From: Eledone cirrhosa
Taxonomy: Eukaryota
Length of the DNA: 64,000 nt
Direction of reading: 5' to 3'
Assembly (NCBI GenBank): GCA_964016885.1
Contig: OZ024740.1
Span: forward strand, 74,338,001-74,402,000
Below are positions 1 to 11,479 of this stretch, piece by piece (position 1 is the first letter of the stretch; every line of letters starts with the position of its first letter). The notes beneath the pieces are model-generated. The model ran no database searches. It had not been told where the DNA came from and saw nothing but the letters and a program-made list of their open reading frames with translations. Made by a program: the position numbers and the translations under genes.

Positions 1-35
<35 letters not shown>

Positions 36-199
36 TAAAAAAGTGAAGAATAACATGGTCAACAGTACAAACAAGGAGATTTATTTACAGTCTGACAATT
101 GTTTGTATCATAGAATTGTCTAAAAATTGCTAAACACTGAATATAGTGGCACTCAATTTAAAATACATGCAACCTCCATCATTTTATTGGAAATTATTA

Positions 200-275
<76 letters not shown>

Positions 276-282
276 ATATAAT

Positions 283-613
283 ATAAAATCAAAAGTTGGT
301 TAAAAGAGTTCCATGTATTTTCTTATGCGCATTTCAAAAACAAATATCATCATGGCATGATATTTGCGTTCTCATCAGATAAAATAGGGAGACATGACAT
401 GAAGCTTAAAAAACACTTAATGAAGTGTTAAATCAACATATGAAAAATAAAATAAGATGGATATATGAGATTGGGAAAAAAAAGGAAAGGAAGGGAGGAA
501 GGAAAATGTAACGAAGAGGAAGAAAGAATATAATAAGAAAAAAATATATAATAATAAGGAAAGGATGACAGAGGAGGAGTATAAGAAGGAATGATGAGAG
601 GGGAGGAGAAAAT

Positions 614-656
<43 letters not shown>

Positions 657-1507
657 TTTACTACTGAGAAACACTGTCTCATAGAGATAAATTTTTAAAA
701 AAACCGTTGTAAGATCATACATAATTTTAAAAAAATTTAGAAATTAAAAGTTAATGAGGTTTATGAATGGTGATGCTTATGATTAAAGAAAAAGGAATTA
801 AGAATACTATTTATTTAAGGGTTTAATAATATGTGCGAAAAGGAATTTATTAAAATGTATTATTAAAATAAAATATATTAAGAAGATAAGGTGAATGAAG
901 ATAAGGTTAAAGGAATTATGAACTTAGAGGAATTAATTAGGGTCCAAGTTTGTTTCTATGTATTGTAATAGGAAAAAGTAAATAATAGGTTTAATACCAG
1001 CATGGAAGGAGAGAAGAAAGAAGAAATTCAAGGAAGAAAAAATATATAATGTCAAAATATATATGTTTACAAAATTTCACTAATGGTAATATTAGTATAT
1101 ATTAAAAATAGAAATTTGTATGGCCGAGAATATAAGGAAAATGCTATAGTGAGTTATAATATGAATTAAGAAGTAATTGAGAAGTAAAAGTTGCAGATTA
1201 AAGATTAGAAAATAAGAGCGAAAAAAAGAGCGAAAATAAATCCGTACGTCTATTTATTATAGAATTAAAATTAGAGATAATGGTAAATTAAGGGGACCGC
1301 TAACAACATAGTATGAGTAATATTGTATAATATACTGAAATAAGGTAGAAGGATGGGTATATTTGTAAAAAATATAAAAGCGTTTGAGAAAAGAAGATTT
1401 TAAACTAATTAGGTAGTAAGATATTAGCTGTATACTTTATGGAATGTTCCATGGGATTTATGCAAGCAGAGCGAAAATAAATCTGTATGTCTATTTATTA
1501 TAGAATT

Positions 1508-1513
<6 letters not shown>
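283..1513 (-). mobile_element. 5'-truncated 3' end of a Penelope-like element (same family as 16034-20395), between (TA)n tracts
   Basis: On the minus strand 1423-1513 encodes ...NFNSIINRHTDLFSLCLHKSHGTFHKVYS*, matching the ORF C-terminus at 19042-19257. 283-470 matches the terminal region at 16036-16240, including the hammerhead motif. Confidence 0.8.
316..386 (-). ncRNA. Minimal type-I hammerhead ribozyme
   Basis: Minus strand reads TATTTTAT-CTGATGA-[GAACGCAAATATCAT...ATGATATTTGTTTTT, stem II]-GAAA-TGCGCA-TA-AGAAAATA. Core intact, AUA cleavage triplet, one mismatch in stem I. Confidence 0.8.
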
Positions 1514-1538
<25 letters not shown>

Positions 1539-1539
<1 letters not shown>

Positions 1540-2332
1540 TGGTAAACGGAATAGAAAATGCTGACAAATTGTTCACAGTTGAAAAATGGTTTAATTAGGG
1601 ATAAAAGAGTATTAGTGATTGTATGGGTTAGTATTCAGTTGTGGTTTTAAGTTTTTAAGTTTTTACCGGTTGCGCATTTCTAAATGCTTTTCAAAAATAA
1701 TTTTGAGATAGAGTGTCCGTGTTGTTTGCTCTGATCTGATTAGTTTTGGGAATTCTACCTGTTTTTATGTTAAAAAAGTGGCTCCAGCGTTACTTTGGTG
1801 TTGCAAAAATTCTTGTGGTCAAAACAATTTTGATTGGTCGGTAGAGGTCATGTGAATGTAAAAAATTGATTTTGCGCCAAGACTGTTTTTATGTTAAAAA
1901 AGTGGCTCCAGCGCTACTTGGTGCTTGCAAAAATTCTTGTGGTCAAAACAATTTTGATTGGTCGGTAGAGGTCATGTGAATAAAAAATTGGTTTTGCGCC
2001 AAGATTGAGAAATGACTCTTTCACAACAAATATGTGTGTGTGTGTGTGTGTGTGTAGTAGTAGTAGTAAGGTGTTCGATGTTGTGACAATGGTTAGCAGG
2101 GATGTGTGTCAAATGGCTATTAAGATAAGTGTGTGTGTGTCTGTGTGTGTGTGTATATAGCAGAGTAATTTGTGGTAGCAGGGATGGTCAGTAAGAATGT
2201 GTCTGAAAGCAATGGGGGGTATTTTAGCATGTCAAAAGATATTTTTCAGCTTTTGTCTTATATGGAGAAGTGCGTGTGTGTGTGTGTATAAGTCTCTTTG
2301 TATGTTAATGTACGCGTGTGTATATGTGTGTG

Positions 2333-2375
<43 letters not shown>

Positions 2376-2519
2376 ACCAGTATTTTTTTTCCCCCTGGTA
2401 AAATGGTGTACATTATTCGATTTTTTCAGTAAAATCGGTTCTCTTAATAGAACATCAAAAATCTTTACAATAAAAGGGGTGAAATGATATTCACTATATA
2501 TATATACACATACATATAT

Positions 2520-2559
<40 letters not shown>

Positions 2560-3177
2560 TGTTTTTGTGTTGCACCATAGACATTGTGTGTTTACTTCTC
2601 CGTATAAGACAAAAGCTGAAAAATATCTTTTGACATGCTAAAATACCCCCCATTGCTTTCAGACACATTCTTACTGACCATCCCTGCTACCACAAATTAC
2701 TCTGCTATATACACACACACACACTTATCTTAATAGCCATTTGACACACATCCCTGCTAACCATTGTCACAACATCGAACACCTTACTACTACTACACAC
2801 ACACACATATTTGTTGTGAAAGAGTCATTTCTCAATCTTGGCGCAAAACCAATTTTTTATTCACATGACCTCTACCGACCAATCAAAATTGTTTTGACCA
2901 CAAGAATTTTTGCAACACCAAAGTAACGCTGGAGCCACTTTTTTAACATAAAAACAGGTAGAATTCCCAAAACTAATCAGATCAGAGCAAACAACACGGA
3001 CATTCTATCTCAAAATTATTTTTGAAAAGCATTTAGAAATGCGCAACCGGTAAAAACTTAAAAACTTAAAACCACAACTGAATACTAACCCATACAATCA
3101 CTAATACTCTTTTATCCCTAATTAAACCATTTTTCAACTGTGAACAATTTATCAGCATTTTCTATTCCGTTTACCAA
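1539..3177. repeat. Long inverted repeat (fold-back): arms 1539-2271 and 2594-3177
   Basis: The arms are reverse complements (TTGGTAAACGGAATAGAAAATG... / ...CATTTTCTATTCCGTTTACCAA) and the ORF track gives the same peptide start MCLKAMGGILACQK on both strands. The left arm carries an extra tandem duplication of about 123 bp (approx. 1759-2003). Confidence 0.92.
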
Positions 3178-3227
3178 TATATAATAACTTGTGTGTTACA
3201 CCTCTATTCTTTTAACTATAGGACTAT

Positions 3228-3286
3228 AGGACTAGAACTGTTTCATTCTTTAGAAATCATCTAAAGAATGAAACAGTTCTAGTCCT
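3228..3286. repeat. Perfect hairpin, 27-bp stem and AATCA loop (shorter copy of 4552-4660)
   Basis: AGGACTAGAACTGTTTCATTCTTTAGA-AATCA-TCTAAAGAATGAAACAGTTCTAGTCCT, followed by GTAGAATCTCATC and (TA)n. Confidence 0.9.
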
Positions 3287-3297
3287 GTAGAATCTCA

Positions 3298-3372
<75 letters not shown>

Positions 3373-3374
3373 GT

Positions 3375-3761
3375 ATAATCCAGCGACGGCTGGAGAGAAA
3401 TGAGGCAAGCATGCTCCGTTGGATGTGCAGTGTAAATGTGCGTGAACGACCCAGCATAAATGTGTTGAGAGAGAAACTGTGTCTGAGAGGAGACTGAGGT
3501 GGTATGGACGTGTGATGCGCATGGAGGATGACCGATGGGTGAAGAAGTGCCAGGAAATGCCAGTTGAAGGAAGACGTGGTAGAGGTAGACCACGAAAAAC
3601 ATGGGCGGCGGTGGTGAGAACAGACCTCAGATCATTGAAGCTCACGGTGGAGATGACGAGGGACCGTGACGAGTGGAGAGATGCTGTGCTGAATAAGACC
3701 CGTCCCACCCTTGCAAGCAGGGAAAAGCGGACGTAAAATGATGATGATGATGATGATGATG

Positions 3762-3762
<1 letters not shown>
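3375..3762 (+). mobile_element. RTE-clade LINE 3' fragment with (GAT)n tail
   Basis: Encodes ERRLRWYGRVMRM...RGRGRPRKTW, is near identical to 10975-11370 and ends in (GAT)n. Confidence 0.85.
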
Positions 3763-3794
<32 letters not shown>

Positions 3795-3849
3795 TACATA
3801 TATATAACAGATTAAAGTTTAAGCAAAGAATTGCTGCTTTCACCCTTAA

Positions 3850-4280
3850 CATATATATATATACACACATATATATATACACATATATACACACATATAT
3901 ATATATATACACACATATATATATATACACATATATATATACACATATATACACACACACACATATATATACACATATATATATATACACACACACACAC
4001 ATATATACACACACACACACATATATACACATATATATACACACACACACATATATACACATATATATACACACGCACACATATATATACACACACACAC
4101 ATATATACACATATATATACACACACACACACATATATACACATGTATGTACACACACACATATATACACATATATATACACACACATATATACACATAT
4201 ATATATACACACACATATATACACATATATATATACACACACACATATATATATATATATATACATATATACACATATAT
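3850..4280. repeat. Compound (TA)n/(CA)n microsatellite
   Basis: Alternating TA and CA runs. It explains the low-complexity ORFs in the track. Confidence 0.95.
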
Positions 4281-4551
4281 AAAAAGGCTCCCAGTTCACA
4301 CTGTAAAAGTGGTTGGTGTTAGGAAGGGCATCCAGCCATATAAAACCTGCCAGAGACATTTCCGTATGCGCGAGACATGGTCTCCCGACAAATCCCACAT
4401 CAAATGCAACAAAACTGTCTAACCTATGCTAGCGTTAAACGATGATGATGATGATGATTATATATATATATATATATATATATACGTTATTCCGGGTTGA
4501 GTCAGAGGTAACCACAGTAAGTAAGGTACTCAATACATTGCAGAGTATAAA

Positions 4552-4656
4552 AGTTTTAATATAGATGAGATTCTACAGGACTAGAACTGTTTCATTCTTT
4601 AGAAATCATCTAAAGAATGAAACAGTTCTAGTCCTGTAGAATCTCATCTATATTAA

Positions 4657-4660
<4 letters not shown>
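4552..4660. repeat. Perfect hairpin, 52-bp stem and 5-nt loop, flanked by (TA)n
   Basis: 4552-4603 is the exact reverse complement of 4609-4660, with loop AATCA. Confidence 0.95.
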
Positions 4661-4703
<43 letters not shown>

Positions 4704-5100
4704 TTAATGAAGAATTTGGGTAGAATTTGTAAATTCTCCCCAAATTCTGCATTAATTACTTGGTATAAGATATTTGTAATAAGATGGTATTTGTACCATA
4801 AAATGTTCTCGTATAAAATTATGTTGAAGAGTTTAAATTTAAGTAGGAACCCTTTAAAATTGGTTGTTTTATTTCATAGAAGCAGAGGGTGTTTGGGTGC
4901 ATTGGTGTGAAAGGGGTTAATACCTAAGCAAGAGTTGAGCCCAGAGCACAGAAAACTGGAACAAGTACTTCAAGGTCTTTTATTTGTCACTCTGATAAAT
5001 CTGCCACTTTGCTACCTTGATAATTTCTAATGTTACATATATTGTAATTGTTGCTTTCACATTTAATGTCACCAGGATCATATTCAAACAGCAACAATAA

Positions 5101-5310
5101 TAATTGTTTCTAATCTAGGCACAAGGTCAGCAATTTGTGGTGAGGGGAAAGTTGATTATATCAACCATAGTATTTGACTGGTACTTTATTTTATCGACCC
5201 CTGCAAGGATAAAAGGCAAAGTTAACCTCATTAGGATTTGAACTCTATGTGAAGAGTAAGAACAAATGCCACAAAGCATCTGTCCAACACTAATATTTCT
5301 GCCAATTCAA
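5101..5310 (-). mobile_element. tRNA-derived SINE, diverged copy
   Basis: Reverse complement of the core GAGTTCAAATCC...TTTGCCTTT...GGGGTCGATAAAATAAAGTACCAG seen throughout the window. Confidence 0.75.
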
Positions 5311-5335
5311 CAACAACAATTATTATTATTATTAA

Positions 5336-5550
5336 TTGGCAGTATCAGTAGAGGGTCGGACGCTATGCTTTGACGCATAGAGTTATGGCCCTTGCCATTC
5401 TGAGTTCAAATCCCACCGAGGTTAACTTTGCCTTTCATCTGTACGGGGTTGATAAAATAAAGTACCAGTCACGCACTGGGGTCAATTTCTTCGACTTTTC
5501 CCTCCCCCAAAAATTGCTGGCCTTGTGCCTATATAAGAAACCATTATTAT
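5336..5550 (+). mobile_element. tRNA-derived SINE with Deu/Nin-like core
   Basis: B-box-like GAGTTCAAATCC, core GCCTTTCATC...GGGGTTGATAAAATAAAGTACCAG and (ATT)n tail; at least 10 copies in the window. Confidence 0.85.
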
Positions 5551-5831
5551 ATATATGTGTGTGAGTGTGTGTGCGTGTTAGTATAAACAATTTGGTTTTA
5601 TCAAATAATTACTATTCACAACTTTAACAATATTTTGTTAGAAAGGAAATCCATCAATAATTTATTTCCTCTTTGTCTGATTTTTGGAAGCCATTTTCTT
5701 AAATTATGAAATATTGAATGGTATTAACAACATATTCAGTAGTTGAGAAAAGAGGCATGAAAGAAAACAAAAACAAATATGAAAACCTGTCATTAAATTC
5801 TAAAACAATAAGTATATTTATTGAAAATGTT

Positions 5832-6320
5832 TCTTCTTCTTCTTCACCCACTTATTCCTGGGAGGGTCATGGGGACAGTCCTCAAGCATGCCTTCCAGTG
5901 AGTCTTGTCAGAAGCAACTATCTCCAATTGATCAGGCTGGATCCTTAAGCAAGATTAGCCAAGCTCATATATGTTATCTAATCATCTTGCTCAGAGTCTA
6001 CCGCTGGGTCTCCTGCCCATTGGTTTTTCCTGTAAAATCTGTCTAACAGTTCTTTCCTTAGACATTCTGACCACATGTCTGTAGTATCAGAGCTGTGATC
6101 TCTCAATTCAGAGAAGTAGCAGCACTACCTAGAGCAACTCCCTTATCTCTAAGCTTTGCACTCTATCAAGTAACATTACTCTAAAGATCCTTCAGATGAA
6201 TCCCATTTTGACAGCTTGTGTTTGTGATCATATTCTTATGGTCATTCCCCATAGGTAAGAGTTGGAACAAACACCAATTTGAAGATAACAAGTTTGGCTT
6301 TTACACTGACCTCCTAACCT
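5832..6320 (-). mobile_element. Old RTE-like LINE 3' remnant with (GAA)n tail
   Basis: The minus strand gives degraded IERSQL / HVVRM / GRRPSGR motifs typical of RTE C-termini, with a (CTT)n run at 5833-5844. Confidence 0.55.
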
Positions 6321-6562
6321 TAGAGAAAACTAGCCTGTGTTCTGGGTATAAGGAGATTAGAGAAATATTATCACCCTCAAGTTAAACCAGTTAGTTGAAT
6401 TCTGTAAAATGTTTTTAAAACTGATATATATCTGGCTCTAATATTTAAAATGATGACAGTTTTATTAATTATAAAGAAAAAAATTACTTTCTCGTGATTT
6501 TGAATCACTTAAAAATATTTTCTCTAACATATAATATGCTGAGCATATATATATACATGCAT

Positions 6563-6603
<41 letters not shown>

Positions 6604-6604
6604 C

Positions 6605-6727
6605 ACGCCCATGGGAATTCCTGTATGTAGATGACCTCGTACTTATAGCTGAATCTATGGTAGAACTAGAGAAGAAATTCCAAACTTGGAAGCAGAGACT
6701 AGAAAGAAAGGGTCTCAAAGTCAATTT
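6605..6727 (+). mobile_element. Short RTE reverse-transcriptase fragment just upstream of the neuropeptide exon
   Basis: Encodes PWEFLYVDDLVLIAESMVELEKKFQTWKQRLERKGLKVNL, homologous to the YADD region of the other RTE copies. Confidence 0.85.
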
Positions 6728-6769
6728 AGAATTATATAATGATATCTATTTAATGACAGTCAATAAAAT

Positions 6770-6794
6770 AATTCTGTTTTTGTTATATTTTCAG
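6770..6794 (+). promoter_or_regulatory. 3' splice acceptor preceding the neuropeptide coding exon
   Basis: T-rich tract ATTCTGTTTTTGTTATATTTTCAG, 24 nt before the ATG. This implies an upstream non-coding exon. Confidence 0.65.
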
Positions 6795-6818
6795 TTCTTC
6801 AATTCAAAATAATATAAT

Positions 6819-7157
6819 ATGAAGCAGTATTTCAGCAGCCAGTTAATAATTTTCACCTTCTGTTGTATTGGTGTGATATTGTCTGGAGAAATTTGGGAAG
6901 GGAACCATGAAAATACTGATAAGAACTTACTATCATTGATCACTAGAGGTGCAGTAGCAACACGAGACAATGCACTTATGGCACCACCAAGTGGATATCA
7001 AGGTCGAATGCCATCTTATTTTATACGAAACCAAAGAGGAAATAAAAGAGAACCACAATGGATCTGGATGCCATCCCATGGATATGTTCCTATCCCAACG
7101 CTTTCTAATAATCAAGCTTCTGAAAGTCGCGGTAGTACAATTCTAAGATATGGATAA
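6819..7157 (+). CDS. NKY: NKY-type (NKY-2-like) neuropeptide precursor; predicted mature peptide EPQWIWMPSHGYVPIPTLSNNQASESRGSTILRY-amide
   Basis: 112-aa ORF with a hydrophobic N-terminal signal peptide, dibasic KR at aa 76-77 and a C-terminal RYG-stop amidation signal. WIWMPxxGYVxxP and the RYamide end match the lophotrochozoan NKY-2 motif (annelid WIWMPAQGYVSVP...MRYamide, recalled from memory). Splice acceptor TTTTCAG ends at 6794. Confidence 0.88.
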   Translation: MKQYFSSQLIIFTFCCIGVILSGEIWEGNHENTDKNLLSLITRGAVATRDNALMAPPSGYQGRMPSYFIRNQRGNKREPQWIWMPSHGYVPIPTLSNNQASESRGSTILRYG

Positions 7158-7275
7158 ATATGGAATTATGAAAGAAAAACCTGGACTTTTAAGTAACTGC
7201 CAACATTGGATAACTCTGTACTTCTCATCTTTCTTACAATAACACATATTTTTTGATTTCATATTTCCATATAAA

Positions 7276-7281
7276 AATAAA
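7276..7281 (+). terminator. Candidate polyadenylation signal of the NKY gene
   Basis: First AATAAA about 120 nt after the stop; others follow at 7387 and near 7456. The AT-rich background weakens the call. Confidence 0.4.
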
Positions 7282-8559
7282 TTTACAATATCTCTATATA
7301 AATGTGTCTGTTATTATGGATGTAAAGCGATGTTATTAGTCTTGTATCAATGTTGTTGATAAATGCAATATGAAAGATTTAAAGTAAATAAACATGGTAT
7401 TGAAACTTGTTTCTTCAACAAAAGCATGAAAATAAGATCACAATGAAGACAGTATAATAAAAATAAATATAGATAGTATATATTTTGGATTTCTGTACAA
7501 AATAAGAATCTTTCTTGATGTATATGTGTTATATATAAAGAATTTTATAGGACAGTGGTTGAACTATATACCTGATGTGTCCCAGTTGTTTAGTTTGAAA
7601 TCCTACAGGGAGATTAGTTGAAGATGAATTGATGAGATGAAATGATAGATAAGATCTAATTTAGATGTTTTAATTGTGGTTGTTACATCAGACTAGAGAA
7701 ATATCTGGTTAAATGCATGTATAATTTTTTTTTTTTTTTTAACAAAAAAAAAGTGTTTTAAAATGTTAAGAAGAAACAGAAAGTCACCTCAAGTTTATAT
7801 AAAATAGAATTAATAAGAGTCATAATTTGTAGTAGAAACTGAGAAAGGCAAACAGTTAAAAATTAATAAATGTTTTGTTCTGATAGGAAATTAATAGAAT
7901 ATGGTAAGAATTGATAACAAAATACTCATAGAAAACCTCTTGTTTTAAAAACTGCAAAATAAAAAAGTAAAACAAAGATTACTGAAGTTAGTAAAGACAA
8001 GAATGCATAAGCCATTTTGAACAGGAAATTTACCATCTGGCCTAAGCCACAATGAGTAGACAAAAACATAAAAAGAAACTAAGACAATATACAACTATAT
8101 AGAAATAAAATGCCTGATTTTGGTTGCTATAATCTTTGTGAAAGATTATGTTTATTTGTATGAGTTAGATAATGTTTTTTGTTATTAATGATGTAATGAA
8201 GTAATGATGGTGGCATGATAAAAAGTACCCAATCCACCTTGTAAGGCAGTTGTGCTGGTGCGACAACAAAGAGCATGCAGCCAACCCTGTTGCATTTAAT
8301 TATGCCACTAGCACTTGAGAAGTTATTACCTTCCTAGATGAATATATTGCAGTGCTGCTTGTGGCCAATGGCTTGCTTGTATACATATGTACATATATAT
8401 ATATACACACACACATAAAGATTTATAAATGGAGATATCCACTTAGTTTTGAGTTGAAAACATAACTGAAAGCTCAATATGTTATTTTGGTTAGTAATCA
8501 TGCATACCAAGGTAAAATCCATGAGGAAAGATCCAAAACAATCTGCCAAGATGTTAACC

Positions 8560-9465
8560 AAAGACTTTGTCAATATCCCTTAAAAACATACCTGTACCGG
8601 ACAATAAATCTTATTTAAAACTTCTAATAGCATAAACTCATTTATCATAAGGATAACGTGGTGTACCTTCTATTACGACAATTTAGAAGAAGGTTTAATT
8701 AATATGATTAAGAACATTAGATTTTTAAAACTTTTCATATATATGAACTCTTTCCTTAATAACTTAAAATCTACAATTCTTCATTTCACAAAACAAAAAT
8801 ATATGCTTGTTTTAGCAGATAAGACTAAGAATATTTATAGTACGGACTTTAATACATAAAAATCATTTATTTATAATGAATTAAATAAAAGTTGTAAAAA
8901 AAAACACTATGTAGAATAATTTAACCCTTTAGCATTTACATTACTCTTTATTTACTATTATATTTTCACAGTAAAAGCTTTACCTCACATAATTATCTCA
9001 TACAATATCGAGTCTATCAGATTTTGATATTATTTATTTTGAGAACAATACCTTAACGTCAGTATGAGTGGCCAGTTGCAGCCAATTTGAACAGAGAGAG
9101 AGGTGAGAGAATTCTGGCCGGATATGGCTGGTTTAAGGGTTAAAGGTTATAAATAAAGAGAGTAAAAACATTGTTAGGAACTTAGACCTTGAAAAGTATA
9201 CAGAACCCTATACTGCTAAGAAAAACCCTTAGATATATTTTAAAAAGCCATAAGATTGGCTCTCAACCATCTTATATGCCCTTTTACATCAGATAGTGGG
9301 AAAATTTGCAAAAAATATTAGATAGGATTATACCTACTATTAAACAAAAAGTAACATTGGAATTATGGAGTAATACAGATGAGATCATAAATTGGCTTAC
9401 TCTTCTTCAAGACAAAAAAAAAATTTTAATCATACAATTTGATATAGATAGTTATGATTCTTCTA
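8560..9465 (+). pseudogene. Decayed Penelope-like reverse transcriptase N-terminal region, interrupted by a MITE
   Basis: Motifs LADKTKNIY (about 8810-8840) and KILDRIIPTIKQKVTLELWSNTDEIINW...IIQFDIDSY (9306-9460) are typical of PLE RTs. Multiple stops and frameshifts. Confidence 0.7.
8925..9139 (+). mobile_element. piggyBac-type MITE with TTAA target-site duplication
   Basis: TTAA|CCCTTTAGCATTT...TTTAAGGG|TTAA. Related partial copies near 25310-25446, 47293 and 49116-49366. Confidence 0.75.
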
Positions 9466-9482
9466 GTTTTCTTGTTCTCTGC

Positions 9483-11370
9483 GGTGTTCCACATTGCAAG
9501 GCAGTCTGTCAATGCAAATCAGGATGTTGTTGGAGATAAATGTGTAATTAGTGTCAGAAATGATCAGAAAAAGGAGGCCTGGAAATGTCATTATGAGAGA
9601 CTGATGAATGTGGAGAACGAATGGGAGAGAGAGAGAAATTACCCTCAGTAGATCCGACAGAGGGACCAGCTATTGAGATTGACGAATATAGGGTCCAAGA
9701 GACGATTAAGGAAATGAAAAATGGTAAGGCCGTTGGACCGTCGGGGATAGTTGCTGAGATGCTGAAGGCATTAGGCGATGTAGGCACTAAACTGGTATCA
9801 CGCATCATCAATCAGGCTATAAATGGCGGTGTCATACCCAAAGACTGGTGCAGCAGTATTGTCATAAATTGCTACAAAGCTAAAGGGGATGCTCTGGAGA
9901 GGAATTATAGGGGTATAAAACTGATGGATCAGGTTATGAAAGTGGCAGAAAGGATATTAGCACGACTAATTAGAGAAAGGGTCAAACTAGATGAGATGCA
10001 GTTTGGTTTTGTGCCTGGGAAATGTACAACAGATGTCCTCTTCTTGGTGAGACACTTACAAGAGAGGTTCTTAGAGAAGAATAAGCCACTATACTTAGCT
10101 TTTGTTAACCTAGAGAAGGCCTTTAATAGGGTACCCCGATCTGTCATCTGGTGGTCCCTAAGGAAACTAGGTGTTGAGGAATGGCTTGTGAGGACAGTGC
10201 AAACTTTGTACAGAGATGCAGTCAGTAAAGTGAGGGTAGGAATGGAGTTTAGTGAGGAATTCCAGATACAAGTAGGAGTACATCAGGGTTTGGTCCTCAG
10301 CCCGCTCTTGTTCATTATAGTCCTCCAAGCCATAACAGAGGAGTTTAAGACTGGCTGCCCATGGGAATTTCTCTATGCTGACGATTTGGTTCTTATAGTA
10401 GAATCAGTAGAGGGGCTAGAGAATAAATTCTGGCTATGAAAACAGCAGTTGGAATCAAGAGAACTTATAGTGAACCTAGCTAAGACAAAAGTGTTGATAA
10501 GTAGAAAAGAGGACAAAACTCTGATTCCATCAGGGAAATTGACATGCACGATATGCAGAAAAGAAACTGGTATAAATTCTATAAAATGCACACAATGCAG
10601 ATCTTGGGTACACAAGAGATGTAGTGGGATAGCAGGCAAACTAACAGGTAGGGAGAAATACGTATGCAGTAGATGTACAGCTAAATTAGACAGTAGAAGT
10701 CGCATTGATAGACACATTTTTCAAATGCAGGTGAGTGCTATAGAAGTGGTTGATAGCGTCCGGTACCTAGGAGATCAGATTAGCATGAGAGGGGGTGTTC
10801 CGAGGCCATAGTATCTAGAATAAGGACAGGTTAGAAGAAGTTTAGGGGGCTACTTCCTCTGCTGACAAAGAAGGGTTTCTCCCTGCATACAAAAGGCCGG
10901 TTATATGATGCCTGTGTGAGGAGCGCGATGCTGCATGGTAGTGAGACATGGGCAGCAACTGCAGAGGATATGCGATGGCTGGAGAGAAATGAGGCAAACA
11001 TGCTCCGTTGGATGTGCAATGCCAGTGTCAATGTGTGTGAACAACCGAGCATGGATGTGTTGAGAGAGAAACTGTGTATGAGAGGGATAAGTTGTAGTGT
11101 GCGAGAGAGGAGTCTGTGATGGTATGGACATGTGATGTGCATGGAGGATGACCGATGAGTGAAGAAGTGCCAGGAAATGCCAGTTGAAGGAAGACGTGGT
11201 AGAGGTAGACCACGAAAAACATGGGCAGAAGTGGTGAGAGCAAACCTCAGATCGCTGAAGCTCACGGTGGAGATGACGAAGGGCAGTGACAAGTGGAGAG
11301 ATACTGTGCACAATAGGACCCGTCCCACCCTTGCAAGCATGGAAAAGCGGACGTATGATGATGATGATGA
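9483..11370 (+). mobile_element. 5'-truncated RTE-clade LINE (RT with YADD, PHD-like finger, C-terminus, (GAT)n tail), degenerate
   Basis: ORF pieces 9621-10439 (RT: QFGF, GVHQG, LYADD), 10449-10811 and 10916-11377, with stops and frameshifts. Confidence 0.92.
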
Positions 11371-11479
11371 TACATAATATATATATACATAATATATATA
11401 GATAATATATATATATATATATTACATAATATATATATATAATAATTGGTGTGGGCTGCTTAAAGCGTCCGTAAGTGGA

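Noticed and set aside
3295-4422. Long ORFs on both strands (up to 367 aa)
   Set aside because: Translations of TA/CA microsatellite plus an RTE fragment, giving low-complexity YI/CV/HT repeats.
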